Shown: positions 1 to 11,660, numbered from the stretch's first letter. The stretch is 64,000 nt of DNA from an uncultured cyanobacterium (GCA_963749915.1 CAVVOP010000022.1:64001-128000); one strand, 5' to 3'. Numbers and translations are program-made. The notes: generated from the letters alone by a model not told the origin.

Positions 1-557
1 ATAGTAGCTGAGAAACAAGTGGTTTGACGACCATCGGGGGTGGTTGAGAGAATTTGTTTGACATCATCAATGAAGCCCATGCTTAACATTTCGTCAGCTT
101 CATCAAGTACCACATATTTTAAAGAATCGAATCTTAAATGTTTGCGATGTAATAAATCAATAATACGTCCGGGTGTACCAACCACAATATGAGCACCTTT
201 TTCTAAAAAGCGAATTTGACGCTCCATAGATTGCCCACCATAAACGGTTAAAACATGAATACGTTGTTTACCAATCAAATCTTTAAGCGCTTCTGCTACC
301 TGTTGAGCTAACTCTCTGGTGGGAGCTAGAATTAAGGCTTGAACCTCCTTTGCATTGCGATCGATCCGATCTAAAATAGGCAAAGAATAAGCGGCAGTTT
401 TACCAGTACCAGTTTGGGATTGTCCCACAACATCACGACCTAAAATTAATTCAGGGATAGCTAAAGTTTGAATCTTTGTGGGAGTGGAAAAACCAAGATT
501 TTCTACTTGAGCAACGAGAGATTCTGAAAGTCCTAAACTTGCGAAAGAAGTTGTCAT
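1..557 (-). CDS. crhR: DEAD-box RNA helicase CrhR (N-terminal part, runs off window)
   Basis: Not in ORF track. Reverse strand from ATG at 557 reads MTTSFASLGLS...PTKIQ...GQSQTGTGKT...LAPTRELA...TPGR...DEAD...SAT (Q motif and motifs I-III). Lies downstream of rimO as in other cyanobacteria. Confidence 0.93.
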   Translation of the reverse strand, partial: MTTSFASLGLSESLVAQVENLGFSTPTKIQTLAIPELILGRDVVGQSQTGTGKTAAYSLPILDRIDRNAKEVQALILAPTRELAQQVAEALKDLIGKQRIHVLTVYGGQSMERQIRFLEKGAHIVVGTPGRIIDLLHRKHLRFDSLKYVVLDEADEMLSMGFIDDVKQILSTTPDGRQTTCFSAT

Positions 558-861
558 CTGTATAATTAAATATGAATTGTTTAACTTAAAATATCTCGAC
601 AGATGAAGGGGAAAAACAATCCGGGGAAGCAAAACTGGTAACGGTAAGGAGGGATATTAGTGATAGACACCTGACTATCGGACAAAGATCTGATAACGAA
701 TAAATTATGCCATTAAGTCCTTACTTTTCGATTCTTACTTCTAAGGATACTCTTCCTTTGAGATAACTATCTAGTAAACAGAGTTAGATTTTCTCCATTA
801 TCTCCTTGATAAGGGGATTTAGGGGGTATTTTTGTAACCACTAAATTACTTAGGAGGTTTA

Positions 862-2181
862 CTAATTTATCTCAATTTCACCATAGAGATCATAGACATC
901 GGCTGAGGTAATCCTGACTGATGTTATTGAACCTAGATCTGCTGTACCTTGAACATAGACTAAACCATCTACTTCAGGGGCAAAACGAGGTGCACGACCA
1001 ATCAATTCTCCTGTCATGGGGTTTTCTTGTTCAATTAACACCGGTACAATTTTACCGACTTCCGCTTGATTTTTAGCAGCGGCGATGGGCTGTTGTACTT
1101 CCATTAATTGATTTCGACGAGCTTGTTTTATCTCTTCGGGAACTTGATCACTTAAATCATAAGCCTTTGTTCCTTCTTCGGGAGAAAATGTAAACACACC
1201 CACATGATCAAATTGATGCCTTTTAACAAATTGTAACAAATGATCGAAGTTTTGTTGCGTTTCTCCCGGAAACCCCACAATAAAAGTTGTTCGCATTACT
1301 GCATTGGGTAAAGCTAGTTTTATACGCTCGATAATTTCATCGTTGACTTTCCCTTGCCAAGGGCGGTTCATACTCTTTAAAATGTCAGGATGAGAATGTT
1401 GTAGGGGTAAGTCTAAATAGGGCAATACATTAGAAGTTTCAGTTATAGCCTCAATAACCTTATCCGTCAACCCAGTGGGATAAGCATAATGTATTCTAAC
1501 CCAGGGAATATCCACCTTCCCTAAGGCCCGTAGCAATTGTGCTAATTTTGGTTCACCGTATAAGTCAACACCATAATTAGTGGTAATTTGGGAGATTAAG
1601 ATTAACTCTTTAACTCCTTCCTCCGCCAATTGTTGAGCTTCCTTGAGAATAGAATCAATTGTACGGGATCTTTGATTTCCTCGTAAATGAGGGATAATGC
1701 AAAAAGCACAACGATAATCACAACCTTCGGCAACTCTTAAATAAGCTACCCCTTCGGAGGTAGTGCGATAACGGGGAATATTTTCATCGGCGAGAAAAGT
1801 AGGTTCAGCCGAAACCGCTTTTACTCTTTCCCCAGTCTCTACTCGTTCAATAATTTGGACAATATTTTGGTAGTCACCCGTACCAACTAAAGCCACAGCT
1901 TCAGGTAATTCCGCCAATAATTCTTCTTGGAAATGCTGTGCCATGCAACCAGAGATAATAATTTTTTTCTGGTTTTCTGCTAATTCTACTAAAGTTCTAA
2001 CGGATTCTCGACGAGCCGATTCTATAAAACTACAGGTATTAACAATAACATAATCGGCTAATTCTTCGGTGTTATCTATTGGGTAGCCCGATTGTGCTAA
2101 CAAACCGAGCATGTGTTCAGAATCGATCCGATTTTTTTCGCATCCTAAGTGAGAAACGGCTATTATTGGCTTATTGCCCAT
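862..2181 (-). CDS. rimO: Ribosomal protein S12 methylthiotransferase RimO
   Basis: [18 protein letters not shown], radical [11 protein letters not shown] and C-terminal TRAM. Start placed at MGNKP (2181) rather than the track start 2265. Confidence 0.95.
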   Translation of the reverse strand: MGNKPIIAVSHLGCEKNRIDSEHMLGLLAQSGYPIDNTEELADYVIVNTCSFIESARRESVRTLVELAENQKKIIISGCMAQHFQEELLAELPEAVALVGTGDYQNIVQIIERVETGERVKAVSAEPTFLADENIPRYRTTSEGVAYLRVAEGCDYRCAFCIIPHLRGNQRSRTIDSILKEAQQLAEEGVKELILISQITTNYGVDLYGEPKLAQLLRALGKVDIPWVRIHYAYPTGLTDKVIEAITETSNVLPYLDLPLQHSHPDILKSMNRPWQGKVNDEIIERIKLALPNAVMRTTFIVGFPGETQQNFDHLLQFVKRHQFDHVGVFTFSPEEGTKAYDLSDQVPEEIKQARRNQLMEVQQPIAAAKNQAEVGKIVPVLIEQENPMTGELIGRAPRFAPEVDGLVYVQGTADLGSITSVRITSADVYDLYGEIEIN

Positions 2182-2309
2182 ATTTAACGATGGTGTAACT
2201 TTCCTACAACGATTATTTGATGAGTAGCTTACTAAGCATAACAGATTTGGGAATTTATTGCACAAATATAAAGGATTTTCGGCAAAAAATTAAGGCTAAA
2301 TTTCAATAA

Positions 2310-3416
2310 CTAAGCTAAACCTTCGATAGCGGGATGGAAATAAAAGGCTAAACCAATTACTGCATAAGTGGCTAATAATAAAACCCCTTCTAACCAGTTA
2401 GAGTTGCCGTCAGAACTGATAGAATTGGCGATTAAGACAGACACTACCACTGCCACTAATTCGAAGGGATTGAAATTTAGGTCCATTGGTTGTCCAATTA
2501 TCCAACCTGCTATTACTAAAACTGGTGCCACAAATAAAGCGATTTGTAAACTTGATCCTAGTGCCACAGACACCGATAAGTCCATTTTATTTTTCATTGC
2601 CACTGTTACGGCCGTAGCGTGTTCGGCGGCGTTACCGATAATCGGTAGGAAAATCACTCCTGTAAATAAGGCGGGTAAACCTAAGTCTTCTGTGGCTTTT
2701 TCTAAGGATTCCACCAGTAATTCCGACTCGACTGCTACCCCCAGAGTCACAATCAATAAAACTCCTACCCATAATAAGATATTCGGTTGATAGGGTGGTT
2801 TTTCGTCTTCTTGTTCATTTTCCGCTATACCCACATCATATAGGTAAGAATGGGTTTTCATGGAGAACAACAGGGTTAGTATATAAACACTGATTAAAAC
2901 TATGGCAACGGCAACGGATAAGGTTTGTAATGTTTCCGATGCTATGCCCGTGGAGGTGTATTGTACCGCAGTAGGTAATAATATCGCAATCACAGCTAAA
3001 TTCATGGAGGAAGCATTTAAACGGGCAGCTGTGGGGGGAAAATTCTGCTCTTTATAGCGTAATCCACCCAAAAACATCGCAAATCCCATAACTAACAGCA
3101 AATTACTAATAATTGAGCCTGTCAACGTTGCTTTTACTACCTGTACTAATCCACTTTTTAAGGCGATAAAGGCTAAAATTAATTCTGTAGCGTTACCGAA
3201 TGTCGCATTTAATAATCCGCCTAAATTCGGTCCTAAAACTACAGCGATTTCTTCTGTGGCAAGCCCCATGAATGCCGCTAGAGGTATAATCGCCATGGCT
3301 GAGGTTAAAAATATTACCACCTCACTCCAATGCAGAAAATATCCGGCAATGGAGATAGGGATAAATACTAATAAAATGGAAAAGATGAGATTTTTATTCA
3401 TATTTGAGACATTCAA
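2310..3416 (-). CDS. cax: Ca2+/H+ antiporter (CAX family)
   Basis: GNATELI and GNAAEH alpha-repeat motifs, about 10 TM helices. Confidence 0.93.
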   Translation of the reverse strand: MNVSNMNKNLIFSILLVFIPISIAGYFLHWSEVVIFLTSAMAIIPLAAFMGLATEEIAVVLGPNLGGLLNATFGNATELILAFIALKSGLVQVVKATLTGSIISNLLLVMGFAMFLGGLRYKEQNFPPTAARLNASSMNLAVIAILLPTAVQYTSTGIASETLQTLSVAVAIVLISVYILTLLFSMKTHSYLYDVGIAENEQEDEKPPYQPNILLWVGVLLIVTLGVAVESELLVESLEKATEDLGLPALFTGVIFLPIIGNAAEHATAVTVAMKNKMDLSVSVALGSSLQIALFVAPVLVIAGWIIGQPMDLNFNPFELVAVVVSVLIANSISSDGNSNWLEGVLLLATYAVIGLAFYFHPAIEGLA

Positions 3417-3562
3417 GGATTAATAATTATAATGATACACTGTCTTTTTTTTTAGAGCATAAAAAGTTATTTTCTTAAATTTTATTATTATATAATTAGT
3501 GGTCAAATTAGAGTTTTTTATAAGTAAAATATATTAAAAATAGATTATCAAATAAAATAAAT

Positions 3563-4786
3563 ATGAATAAAAATAGCGATGAAATAAAGAGAATTTTGTT
3601 TATTAGTAATGGTCATGGTGAGGACTTAAATAGTAGTTTAATGGCTGAGGCCTTACACTTTCTTAATAGCAATTTAACTATTGATGCTTTTCCCATTGTC
3701 GGCGAAGGGAAATCCTATATTCATAAAAATATTAATATAGTTGCTCCCTTACAATCTATGCCATCAGGCGGCATTTTTTATCTCAATATTATTAACCTGA
3801 TTAAGGATGTCTTTTCGGGATTAATTGCCTTAACTGTCAAACAATTTATTACTATTAATAAAATTAAAAATAATTATGACTTAATTATAGCAGTTGGTGA
3901 TATTGTTCCGCTTTTTTTTGCTTATTTAACAGGTAAAAATTATGTGAGTTTTTTAGTAGCTAATTCTAGTTATTATGAGGGAAAATTAAAACTTCCTTTT
4001 TTCACTAATTTATTATTACGCTCTCGTCATTGTCAACTAATTTTTGCAAAAGACAAATTCACCGCCGAGGATTTACAAAATCAAGGGTTAATGAAGACCA
4101 TATGTGAAGGTTATCCCATTATGGATGCGTTAAAACCCACCCAAAAAAATCTGGAATTATCTCCATACACACCGATGATTGCCTTATTACCCGGTAGCCG
4201 TTTACCCGAAGCCTTGCATAACTTTAGCCTACAGTTAGAAATCTGTGAGACTTTAGTCAGAATATCCAGGAAGCATTGGCAGTTTCGCGGGGCATTCGTA
4301 CCAAGTATTACTGATAGTGACCTAAAAGCGATCGCCGATAATCTGGGGTGGCAATATGATTCAGGGGTTTTGAGTAAAGAAATTGATGGTAAAAATGTTT
4401 TACTGAAGGTTTATGATGATGCCTTTGCGGATATTTTACTACAATGTAACCTTGTATTAGGTATGGCAGGAACGGCAGTAGAACAGGCTGTAGGTCTAGG
4501 TAAACCAGTAATACAAATACCCGGAAAAGGTCCTCAATTTACCTATCGATTCGCTGAAGCACAAATGAGATTATTAGGTATTAATGCCATTACCATTGAT
4601 GATTATGGTGATAAAACCTTGATTTGCGAGAAAACTGCCACAAAAGTAATAGAGGTTTTAGCGGATCAAGAATTTTTGGCTAAGTGTATTGATAACGGTA
4701 AACAGAGAATTGGAGGGGTAGGTGCATCATTGAAAATGGCAAGAAAAATCGTTTTAACAATGAAGAAAGAATTCACGGTGGGCTAA
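3563..4786 (+). CDS. Lipid-A-disaccharide synthase-related glycosyltransferase
   Basis: SNGHGED, LLPGSR, MAGTAVEQ and GPQFT motifs of this cyanobacterial family. Confidence 0.8.
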   Translation: MNKNSDEIKRILFISNGHGEDLNSSLMAEALHFLNSNLTIDAFPIVGEGKSYIHKNINIVAPLQSMPSGGIFYLNIINLIKDVFSGLIALTVKQFITINKIKNNYDLIIAVGDIVPLFFAYLTGKNYVSFLVANSSYYEGKLKLPFFTNLLLRSRHCQLIFAKDKFTAEDLQNQGLMKTICEGYPIMDALKPTQKNLELSPYTPMIALLPGSRLPEALHNFSLQLEICETLVRISRKHWQFRGAFVPSITDSDLKAIADNLGWQYDSGVLSKEIDGKNVLLKVYDDAFADILLQCNLVLGMAGTAVEQAVGLGKPVIQIPGKGPQFTYRFAEAQMRLLGINAITIDDYGDKTLICEKTATKVIEVLADQEFLAKCIDNGKQRIGGVGASLKMARKIVLTMKKEFTVG

Positions 4787-4874
4787 AATTTTGGCTACCC
4801 CCTTGACAAATCATCATGACTGAAAAGTCAGATCCTGGCTAACCATTTTCTGATAAGCACCTAGACAAAATTAA

Positions 4875-5402
4875 TTATATAAGTTGATATGATAGCCTCA
4901 ATTGTTTATATATTGCCTGTTTTTGTTCATCATCATATCCCCAACGATTTAAAAACTCTTGATAAACTCCTTTTTCCTCATAAATAGTATTAACTAATAG
5001 CTCAATTTTTTCCTTAATTTGATGTAAAGATAATTGGCTAATTAAAGTTAAAGTTCTTTCCGTTACCCTAGTGGATTTTTCGGCCATTTCCAGATGATTA
5101 TTCCGTTGATGAGTTATTTTCATCGCCGTTGACATCGCTACATTTTTAACTAATAATTCGCTGACAATTTCTGGTGAGTTTTTTAATCCTGCGACAATGC
5201 CCGATGATTTTTCATCTACCACAGGATTATCGTTAGTTAAGTAGGTAACAAAAAAACCCCTTGCACCATTTTCCGTTAACACTAATGATGAAACGATGGC
5301 CTCTTTTTCTGACTCCGATAATTGAGGAATTTCGTTGATAAACTTTTGTGTTAAGGCAATGGCTTCTTCAAAGGTAATATTTTTTTCTGCTCTTAAATTC
5401 AT
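4875..5402 (-). CDS. Conserved cyanobacterial hypothetical protein
   Basis: 175-aa ORF with GARGFFV and LVKNVAMS motifs and host-like codon usage. Confidence 0.75.
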   Translation of the reverse strand: MNLRAEKNITFEEAIALTQKFINEIPQLSESEKEAIVSSLVLTENGARGFFVTYLTNDNPVVDEKSSGIVAGLKNSPEIVSELLVKNVAMSTAMKITHQRNNHLEMAEKSTRVTERTLTLISQLSLHQIKEKIELLVNTIYEEKGVYQEFLNRWGYDDEQKQAIYKQLRLSYQLI

Positions 5403-5634
5403 AAATTTTTGCCAAAATAGAAATAGAATAAAAATCGATCGCCTTGTTTAAATTATATAATATAAACTTAGCCTTGCTCATTAATTACCATTAGACAATG
5501 AGTTACTAAAAATTTATCAAAGTGCCTTAAAATATGTTAAGCAAAAAGTGAGTACTCTGTTAATTTTCCTGATAATTGTCCTTATACTTTAAACTAAATT
5601 TTAGATCAAGATTACTTTTAATTTAACAATCAAA

Positions 5635-8370
5635 ATGGACTTAATTTTATGCCATCAAACTGCCGATTTCGATGCCTTAGGGGCGGCGGTAGGTTTAACA
5701 AAATTACATCAAGGGGCAAAAATTGTCTTAACCGGAGGCGCTCATCCTTCTGTGAGACGTTTCCTTGCTTTACATCGAGATGAGTTAGCTTTAATCGAAT
5801 TTCGTAGTGTTAATCCCCAAAAAATTAGACGTTTATTTATTGTTGATACTCAGCATAGCGATCGCCTCGGAAAAGCAGCACAATGGTTGCAGTTAAAGAA
5901 TTTAGAATCCATTACTATTTACGATCACCACATTGAAAACGAATCTATTAGCACGGCTACTTTTAAATATATTGAACAAGTGGGGGCTTGTTCCACAATT
6001 ATTTGTGAACTTTTGCAACAAAACTCTATCACCCTCAATAATGTAGAGGCCACCGTTATCGCTTTAGGGATTCATGTCGATACGGGTTCATTGACCTTTG
6101 AACAAACTACCCCTAGAGATGCTTCAGCGTTGGCATGGTTAATGGGTCAGGGGATCAACATTCGTAGTCTGGGGGAGTATGTTGATCCGAGTTTATCACC
6201 CCAGTTGCAGCAGTTATTACCGCGAGTGTTGAAGAATTTACGAACAGAAACGATCAACGGTAGTTGTGTTGGCTGGGTATTGTTAGAGACTCCTCATTTT
6301 GTCGCTGGATTATCGAATTTAACCGAGAGAATTAGAAACTTAATCGAAATTGATGTCTTGTTATTCGGGCATTATTACGAGAAGGCAGAAAAACAGGAAA
6401 ACAGACGGACAGACCGGAAAAAGGGAAAATTGACGATAATTGGACGCAGTAGATTAGAATCGGTCAATTTAGCTTCTATTTTTGGGGATTTTGGTGGTGG
6501 TGGTCATAGTAGTGCCGCTTCTTTTTGTTTGCGGTGTGATAATCCTCAACATGTTATGGATGATCTGTGCAATCGTATTCAAAGTTTAATCCCTCCCCCT
6601 CTCACGGCAACAGATTTAATGTCATCTCCCGTGAGGACAATTCGCCCTTATACCACCATAGAAGAGGCTCAACGGATTTTACTGCGTTATGGCCATTCAG
6701 GTTTATTTGTGGTAAATCGAGAAGGGGAGTTACGAGGAGTTATTTCTCGCCGTGATATTGATTTGGCTTTACATCACGGTTTTTCCCATGCACCTGTTAA
6801 GGGTTATATGACGAAAAATGTGCAGGTTATTCACCCTGATACTTCTTTAGGGGATATCGAGGCTTTGATGGTAAATAATGATATTGGTAGATTACCTGTC
6901 ATTGCCAACAATGAGTTATTGGGCATCGTCACTCGCACGGATGTTTTAAGGTATCTTCATCAAACGAGATTAAATATTAATAATTCTCCCGAAGAAGAAA
7001 ATTTGCCTTTATTGTCTTGTCTTTCTCCGTCTTTGGCAAAACATTTACATCCCCCCATCTGGAAGTTATTGCAACAGGCGGCGACTTATGCCCAAAGTCG
7101 GGGGTGGCATCTTTATCTGGTGGGAGGTGGTGTTAGAGATTTATTGTTAACGGAAGAATCCGAGACTCTCTCGTTACAAGATATTGATTTAGTAGTGGAT
7201 GGTTCTCATCCCACAGCAATTGCCGAGGCAGGGGTAAAATTGGCTGAGGCATTACAAAATTTTTATCCTCAAGTGCGTCTAAGTGTTCATGGAGAGTTTC
7301 AGACTGCCGCATTGTTATGGCATAAAGATGAGAATTTAGATTCTTTATGGTTAGATATTGCCACTGCGCGCACGGAATTTTATCCTTATCCGGCAGCGAA
7401 TCCTGAAGTGGAATCGAGTTCAATTCGTCAAGATTTATACCGTCGAGACTTTACCATTAACGCTTTGGCGATACGTCTTACTAACCCCCATAGCGGTGAG
7501 TTACTGGATTTTTTCGGTGGTTTACAGGATTTGCGATCGCATTATATTAGGGTGTTACACCCTAATAGCTTTATAGAAGATCCCACCAGAATTTATCGGG
7601 CGGTGAGATTTGCTGTGAGGTTGAATTTCACCATCGAGGCCGAAACAAGAGAATATATTAACTATGCCATCTCCTGCGGAGTTTACGAAAAAGTATCCCT
7701 CGAAAAAACTTCTATTCCCGCCTTAACTACCCGTCTCAAAGCAGAATTAACTTACATTCTCCAAGCAGAATATTGGAAACCTGCCTTAAAATTATTGGAT
7801 GAAGTCGGTGCATTAAGCTGTTTACACCGTCATTGTTGTTTAACCCCTCAATTATGGTGGCAAATTCGTTGTCTCGATCGTTGGTTAAAATTCTATAATT
7901 CAGATCAACAAAATCCTCTAGTATCTTCTTGGTTACTAAGACTAGAAATTATATTGGCATCCTTTGAGGAAGGAGTGAAAGTTGCTGAAAATCTGCAATT
8001 ACCTAAAGATAGTATTGAAAGATTAAAATATCTCCCCATTAATGATGAAGAAATCAAAAAAACTTTACCCTATTGTCAAAACATAAGTGAAAAGGTAGAA
8101 TTTTTGGCAACCTATCAACCTATTACTCTTTTACTCATCGCTGTCAAAAATAATAAACAGATCAGAGGTATTATCTGGAATTATTTAATGCACTGGAGTA
8201 AGATAAAATCACCCTTGAATGGCAAAGATTTGCAGGAGTTGGGTTATAAACCCGGAAGACAATACAAAGAAATGTTAACAAAAGTACAGGCTTTGTTTTT
8301 AGATGGCAATATTAGCAATGGAAAAGATGCAAAAGACTTTATTCGGAAAAACTATCCTCTTGGTAATTAA
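5635..8370 (+). CDS. A-adding tRNA nucleotidyltransferase (DHH/DHHA1 + CBS + class II NTase)
   Basis: DFDA, DHH, GGGH, CBS pair, VGGGVRD, DIDLVV, RRDFTINA, EDPTRIYRAVRF. Confidence 0.9.
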   Translation: MDLILCHQTADFDALGAAVGLTKLHQGAKIVLTGGAHPSVRRFLALHRDELALIEFRSVNPQKIRRLFIVDTQHSDRLGKAAQWLQLKNLESITIYDHHIENESISTATFKYIEQVGACSTIICELLQQNSITLNNVEATVIALGIHVDTGSLTFEQTTPRDASALAWLMGQGINIRSLGEYVDPSLSPQLQQLLPRVLKNLRTETINGSCVGWVLLETPHFVAGLSNLTERIRNLIEIDVLLFGHYYEKAEKQENRRTDRKKGKLTIIGRSRLESVNLASIFGDFGGGGHSSAASFCLRCDNPQHVMDDLCNRIQSLIPPPLTATDLMSSPVRTIRPYTTIEEAQRILLRYGHSGLFVVNREGELRGVISRRDIDLALHHGFSHAPVKGYMTKNVQVIHPDTSLGDIEALMVNNDIGRLPVIANNELLGIVTRTDVLRYLHQTRLNINNSPEEENLPLLSCLSPSLAKHLHPPIWKLLQQAATYAQSRGWHLYLVGGGVRDLLLTEESETLSLQDIDLVVDGSHPTAIAEAGVKLAEALQNFYPQVRLSVHGEFQTAALLWHKDENLDSLWLDIATARTEFYPYPAANPEVESSSIRQDLYRRDFTINALAIRLTNPHSGELLDFFGGLQDLRSHYIRVLHPNSFIEDPTRIYRAVRFAVRLNFTIEAETREYINYAISCGVYEKVSLEKTSIPALTTRLKAELTYILQAEYWKPALKLLDEVGALSCLHRHCCLTPQLWWQIRCLDRWLKFYNSDQQNPLVSSWLLRLEIILASFEEGVKVAENLQLPKDSIERLKYLPINDEEIKKTLPYCQNISEKVEFLATYQPITLLLIAVKNNKQIRGIIWNYLMHWSKIKSPLNGKDLQELGYKPGRQYKEMLTKVQALFLDGNISNGKDAKDFIRKNYPLGN

Positions 8371-8468
8371 AAACTGAGGGTCAACAGCATAATAATGTAG
8401 AATTAAACTGTTTCTTAATTGTTAATTCTTAATTGATTGTCTCCAAAGGAATTATAAAATTTTATAAC

Positions 8469-9662
8469 ATGACTGCAATTACTTCTCATCAAAAAGCTAA
8501 AGCCCTAAAACCCGGTAGTCGTCGCCCTGCAAAAGATTTATGTAGTGAATGTGGCTTGTGCGATACCTATTATATCCATTATGTGAAAGAAGCCTGTGCT
8601 TTTATTAATCAACAAATCGCTGAATTAGAGGCCGATGCTCATGGACGTAGTCGTGACTTAAACAATGAGTATGACGTTTATTTTGGGGTGCATCAAGAGA
8701 TGATGTCCGCGAAAAAAAAACAACCCATTCAGGGTGCACAATGGACAGGAATTGTTAGTACCATTGCTTGTGAAATGTTAACTCAGGGGCTAGTAGAAGG
8801 AGTTGTCTGCGTTCAAAGTAGCGAAAATGATCGTTTTCAACCTAAACCAATTATTGCCACCACTACAGCGGAAATTTTACGGGCAAGGGTAAATAAACCT
8901 ACGTTATCTCCTAATTTATCGGTTTTAGAGCAAATCGAACAATCAGGCATGAAACGTTTATTAGTTATCGGGGTTGGCTGTCAGATTCAGGCATTACGAG
9001 CGGTTGAGCAAAAATTAGGTTTAGAAAAACTTTACATTTTAGGGACTCCTTGCGTGGATAATGTCACTCGTGCGGGGTTACAAAAATTTTTAGAAACCAC
9101 CAGTAAATCCCCTGATACTGTTATCGCCTATGAATTTATGCAGGATTTTCGAGTACATTTTAAACATGAAGATGGCAGCGTCGAAAAAGTCCCTTTCTTC
9201 GGCTTAAAAACTAATCAGTTAAAGGATGTGTTTGCCCCTTCTTGCATGACTTGTTTTGATTATGTCAACTCCCTAGCGGATTTAGTTGTGGGTTATATGG
9301 GTGCACCTTTCGGTTGGCAGTGGATTGTAGTGCGCAATGAAACAGGCAAAGAGATGTTAAATTTAGTGAATGATCAACTTGATACTCAACCTGTAATATC
9401 AAAAGGCGATCGTAAACAGGCAGTACAAAACAGTATTCCTGCTTATGATAAGGGGGTCACGTTGCCCATGTGGGCGGCACAATTAATGGGGGTAGTAATA
9501 GAAAAAATTGGGCCTCAAGGGTTAGAATATGCCCGTTTTTCCATCGATTCTCACTTTACCCGCAATTATCTTTATGTTAAGCGTAATTACCCCAAAAAAC
9601 TAGCGGATCATGTACCTGATTATGCGAAAAAAATAGTATCTCAATATAAATTACCTGAATAA
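8469..9662 (+). CDS. bciB: Ferredoxin-dependent 8-vinyl (divinyl chlorophyllide) reductase, FrhB family
   Basis: CSECGLC, GAQWTG, GVGCQ, GTPC, SCMTCFDY. Start at MTAITSH. Confidence 0.88.
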   Translation: MTAITSHQKAKALKPGSRRPAKDLCSECGLCDTYYIHYVKEACAFINQQIAELEADAHGRSRDLNNEYDVYFGVHQEMMSAKKKQPIQGAQWTGIVSTIACEMLTQGLVEGVVCVQSSENDRFQPKPIIATTTAEILRARVNKPTLSPNLSVLEQIEQSGMKRLLVIGVGCQIQALRAVEQKLGLEKLYILGTPCVDNVTRAGLQKFLETTSKSPDTVIAYEFMQDFRVHFKHEDGSVEKVPFFGLKTNQLKDVFAPSCMTCFDYVNSLADLVVGYMGAPFGWQWIVVRNETGKEMLNLVNDQLDTQPVISKGDRKQAVQNSIPAYDKGVTLPMWAAQLMGVVIEKIGPQGLEYARFSIDSHFTRNYLYVKRNYPKKLADHVPDYAKKIVSQYKLPE

Positions 9663-9686
9663 TTTACTTTTACCTTTCTTTTTTGC

Positions 9687-10985
9687 CTACTTCTCCACAG
9701 CGATGGTTAAAACTTCGTTACCAGATTCGGTGACTAAGACATCATCCTCAATTCTTACCCCAATTCCTTTCCAATAATCAGGGATTTCTGGTTGTCCTTC
9801 TACTGGCTTAATATAAGGTGAAATGTAAATTCCGGGTTCGACAGTTACTACATTACCGGCTTGAAAAGTAAGCCAATTTTCGCTATCTTGTTTATAAGCG
9901 CCCGCATCATGAACATCTAAACCTAACCAATGACCTGTACGGTGCATATAAAAAGGTTCATATTTTTTACCCTCGATAATCTCTTTGCTGTCACCTTTTA
10001 ACAATTTTAGTTCTTTTAACCCTTCCACCAACACCTCCACGGCTTTATCATGGAATTGATTATAAGTGTTGCCGGGTTTTACTTGGTCAATGGCTTGTAA
10101 TTGTGCTGATAACACTAATTGATAGATGTCTTTTTGTGGAGGGGTAAATTCACCATCTACAGGAAAAGTGCGGGTAATATCGCCATTATAGTAACCATAA
10201 CAACAACCTGCGTCAATTAATAATAAATCTCCTGCTTCCATTTTGCGATTATTGTCGATATAGTGCAAGATACAAGCATTTTCTCCCGATGCCACGATGG
10301 AGGGATAAGCCATACCATCACCTCCTAAAAGTCTAAAGGTATGTTCTATCTCGGCTTGTACTTCATATTCATAACGTCCGGGTTGCACAAAATCTCTTGC
10401 CCGTTGATGAGCCTTGACAGAGATTTCAGCGGCCTTTCTTAACATGGCGATTTCCCTTTCACTTTTAACTAATCTGAGGGGATGTAAAACAAAATTAGAA
10501 TCTTCTAAGGCTACTGGACCACTACCTCTTTTCGGATAACTGGCAATGAGTTTCTGCCAATGACTGATGATTTTTTCGTTAAAGTATAAATCCCTACCCA
10601 AATGATAGTAAATGCGATCGCCTGTCACCAAATATTCTGGTAATTTTTCGTCCAATTCATTGATAGCATAGACAATATCAGCACCATGAGCCTCTTTTGC
10701 CCCTTCTACCCCCACACGATAACCTGTCCAAATTTCTTGAGCTAAATCTTTCGGTTGTACAAAAAGTATAAATTGATGTTCTTTATGATTGGGGGCGAAA
10801 ACTGCTACAGCTTCTGATTCATTAAACCCCGTTAAATAATAAAAATCGCTATCCTGACGATAAACATATTCAACATCATTGTGCATTACTGCTTGAGGTG
10901 CACTGCGAAAAATAGCGACACCCTTACCGATAGCACCCATAAATTTTTGCCGACGTTGTTGATATTCAGTGGAAGGAATCATCAT
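9687..10985 (-). CDS. pepP: Xaa-Pro aminopeptidase P
   Basis: RQDSDFYYLTG, LIDAG, DITRT, HWLGLDVHD, EPG, RIEDD. Confidence 0.95.
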   Translation of the reverse strand: MMIPSTEYQQRRQKFMGAIGKGVAIFRSAPQAVMHNDVEYVYRQDSDFYYLTGFNESEAVAVFAPNHKEHQFILFVQPKDLAQEIWTGYRVGVEGAKEAHGADIVYAINELDEKLPEYLVTGDRIYYHLGRDLYFNEKIISHWQKLIASYPKRGSGPVALEDSNFVLHPLRLVKSEREIAMLRKAAEISVKAHQRARDFVQPGRYEYEVQAEIEHTFRLLGGDGMAYPSIVASGENACILHYIDNNRKMEAGDLLLIDAGCCYGYYNGDITRTFPVDGEFTPPQKDIYQLVLSAQLQAIDQVKPGNTYNQFHDKAVEVLVEGLKELKLLKGDSKEIIEGKKYEPFYMHRTGHWLGLDVHDAGAYKQDSENWLTFQAGNVVTVEPGIYISPYIKPVEGQPEIPDYWKGIGVRIEDDVLVTESGNEVLTIAVEK

Positions 10986-11096
10986 ATCGCTAGGTAAAGA
11001 AATATTAACTAATATTAAATTTTAACTCACCCTGTCAAAAAAACTAGCTTCCTAGTGCTGGAGATTTAGGGAGATAATCATTGAAATCAATAGGAG

Positions 11097-11660
11097 CTAA
11101 AAAACTTTCTTGGTAATGTTGATTTGCATCCCAACACCTACAGGGTCAAATCCGTCAGGGAAAATGGTGGTGTTATCGTACTTAGCCCTATCTAGGTTAG
11201 CTCCCTTCAAGCTAGCTCCTTGGAAGTTTGCTCCGCATAAATAAGCTCCTCTGAGATTGGCTCTCCACAAATCGCATTGAACGAAGTTAACATTTTTGAG
11301 ATACGTTCGATGGAGATTTGCGATACAGAGTTTGGCTTGCCATAGATAGGCTTCCTTCAAATTAGCCCAGCTTAGATTAGTTTCCTCTAAGTTGGCTTGA
11401 CCCAGATCTGCTTTCCACATCTCCGCATTGCTCAAATCAGCACCTCTTAAGTTTGCTCGGCCTAAGTTCGCCTTATACAAACAAGCTCCTCCTAAATTTG
11501 CCCGATCAAGATTGACTCTTTCTAAGTTTGCTTCTTCTAAATCAGCGTCTATCAAACAAACTTCACTTAAGTCCGCCGCAAAAAGGTTTATCCTTTTAAA
11601 GTCTCTCTCTCCCGCTTGATACCTACGTAAAAGTTCCTCTATATTCATTATTACTTTCAT
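11097..11660 (-). CDS. Pentapeptide repeat protein
   Basis: GERDF N-terminus and tandem A(D/N)LXX repeats. Confidence 0.92.
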   Translation of the reverse strand: MKVIMNIEELLRRYQAGERDFKRINLFAADLSEVCLIDADLEEANLERVNLDRANLGGACLYKANLGRANLRGADLSNAEMWKADLGQANLEETNLSWANLKEAYLWQAKLCIANLHRTYLKNVNFVQCDLWRANLRGAYLCGANFQGASLKGANLDRAKYDNTTIFPDGFDPVGVGMQINITKKVF

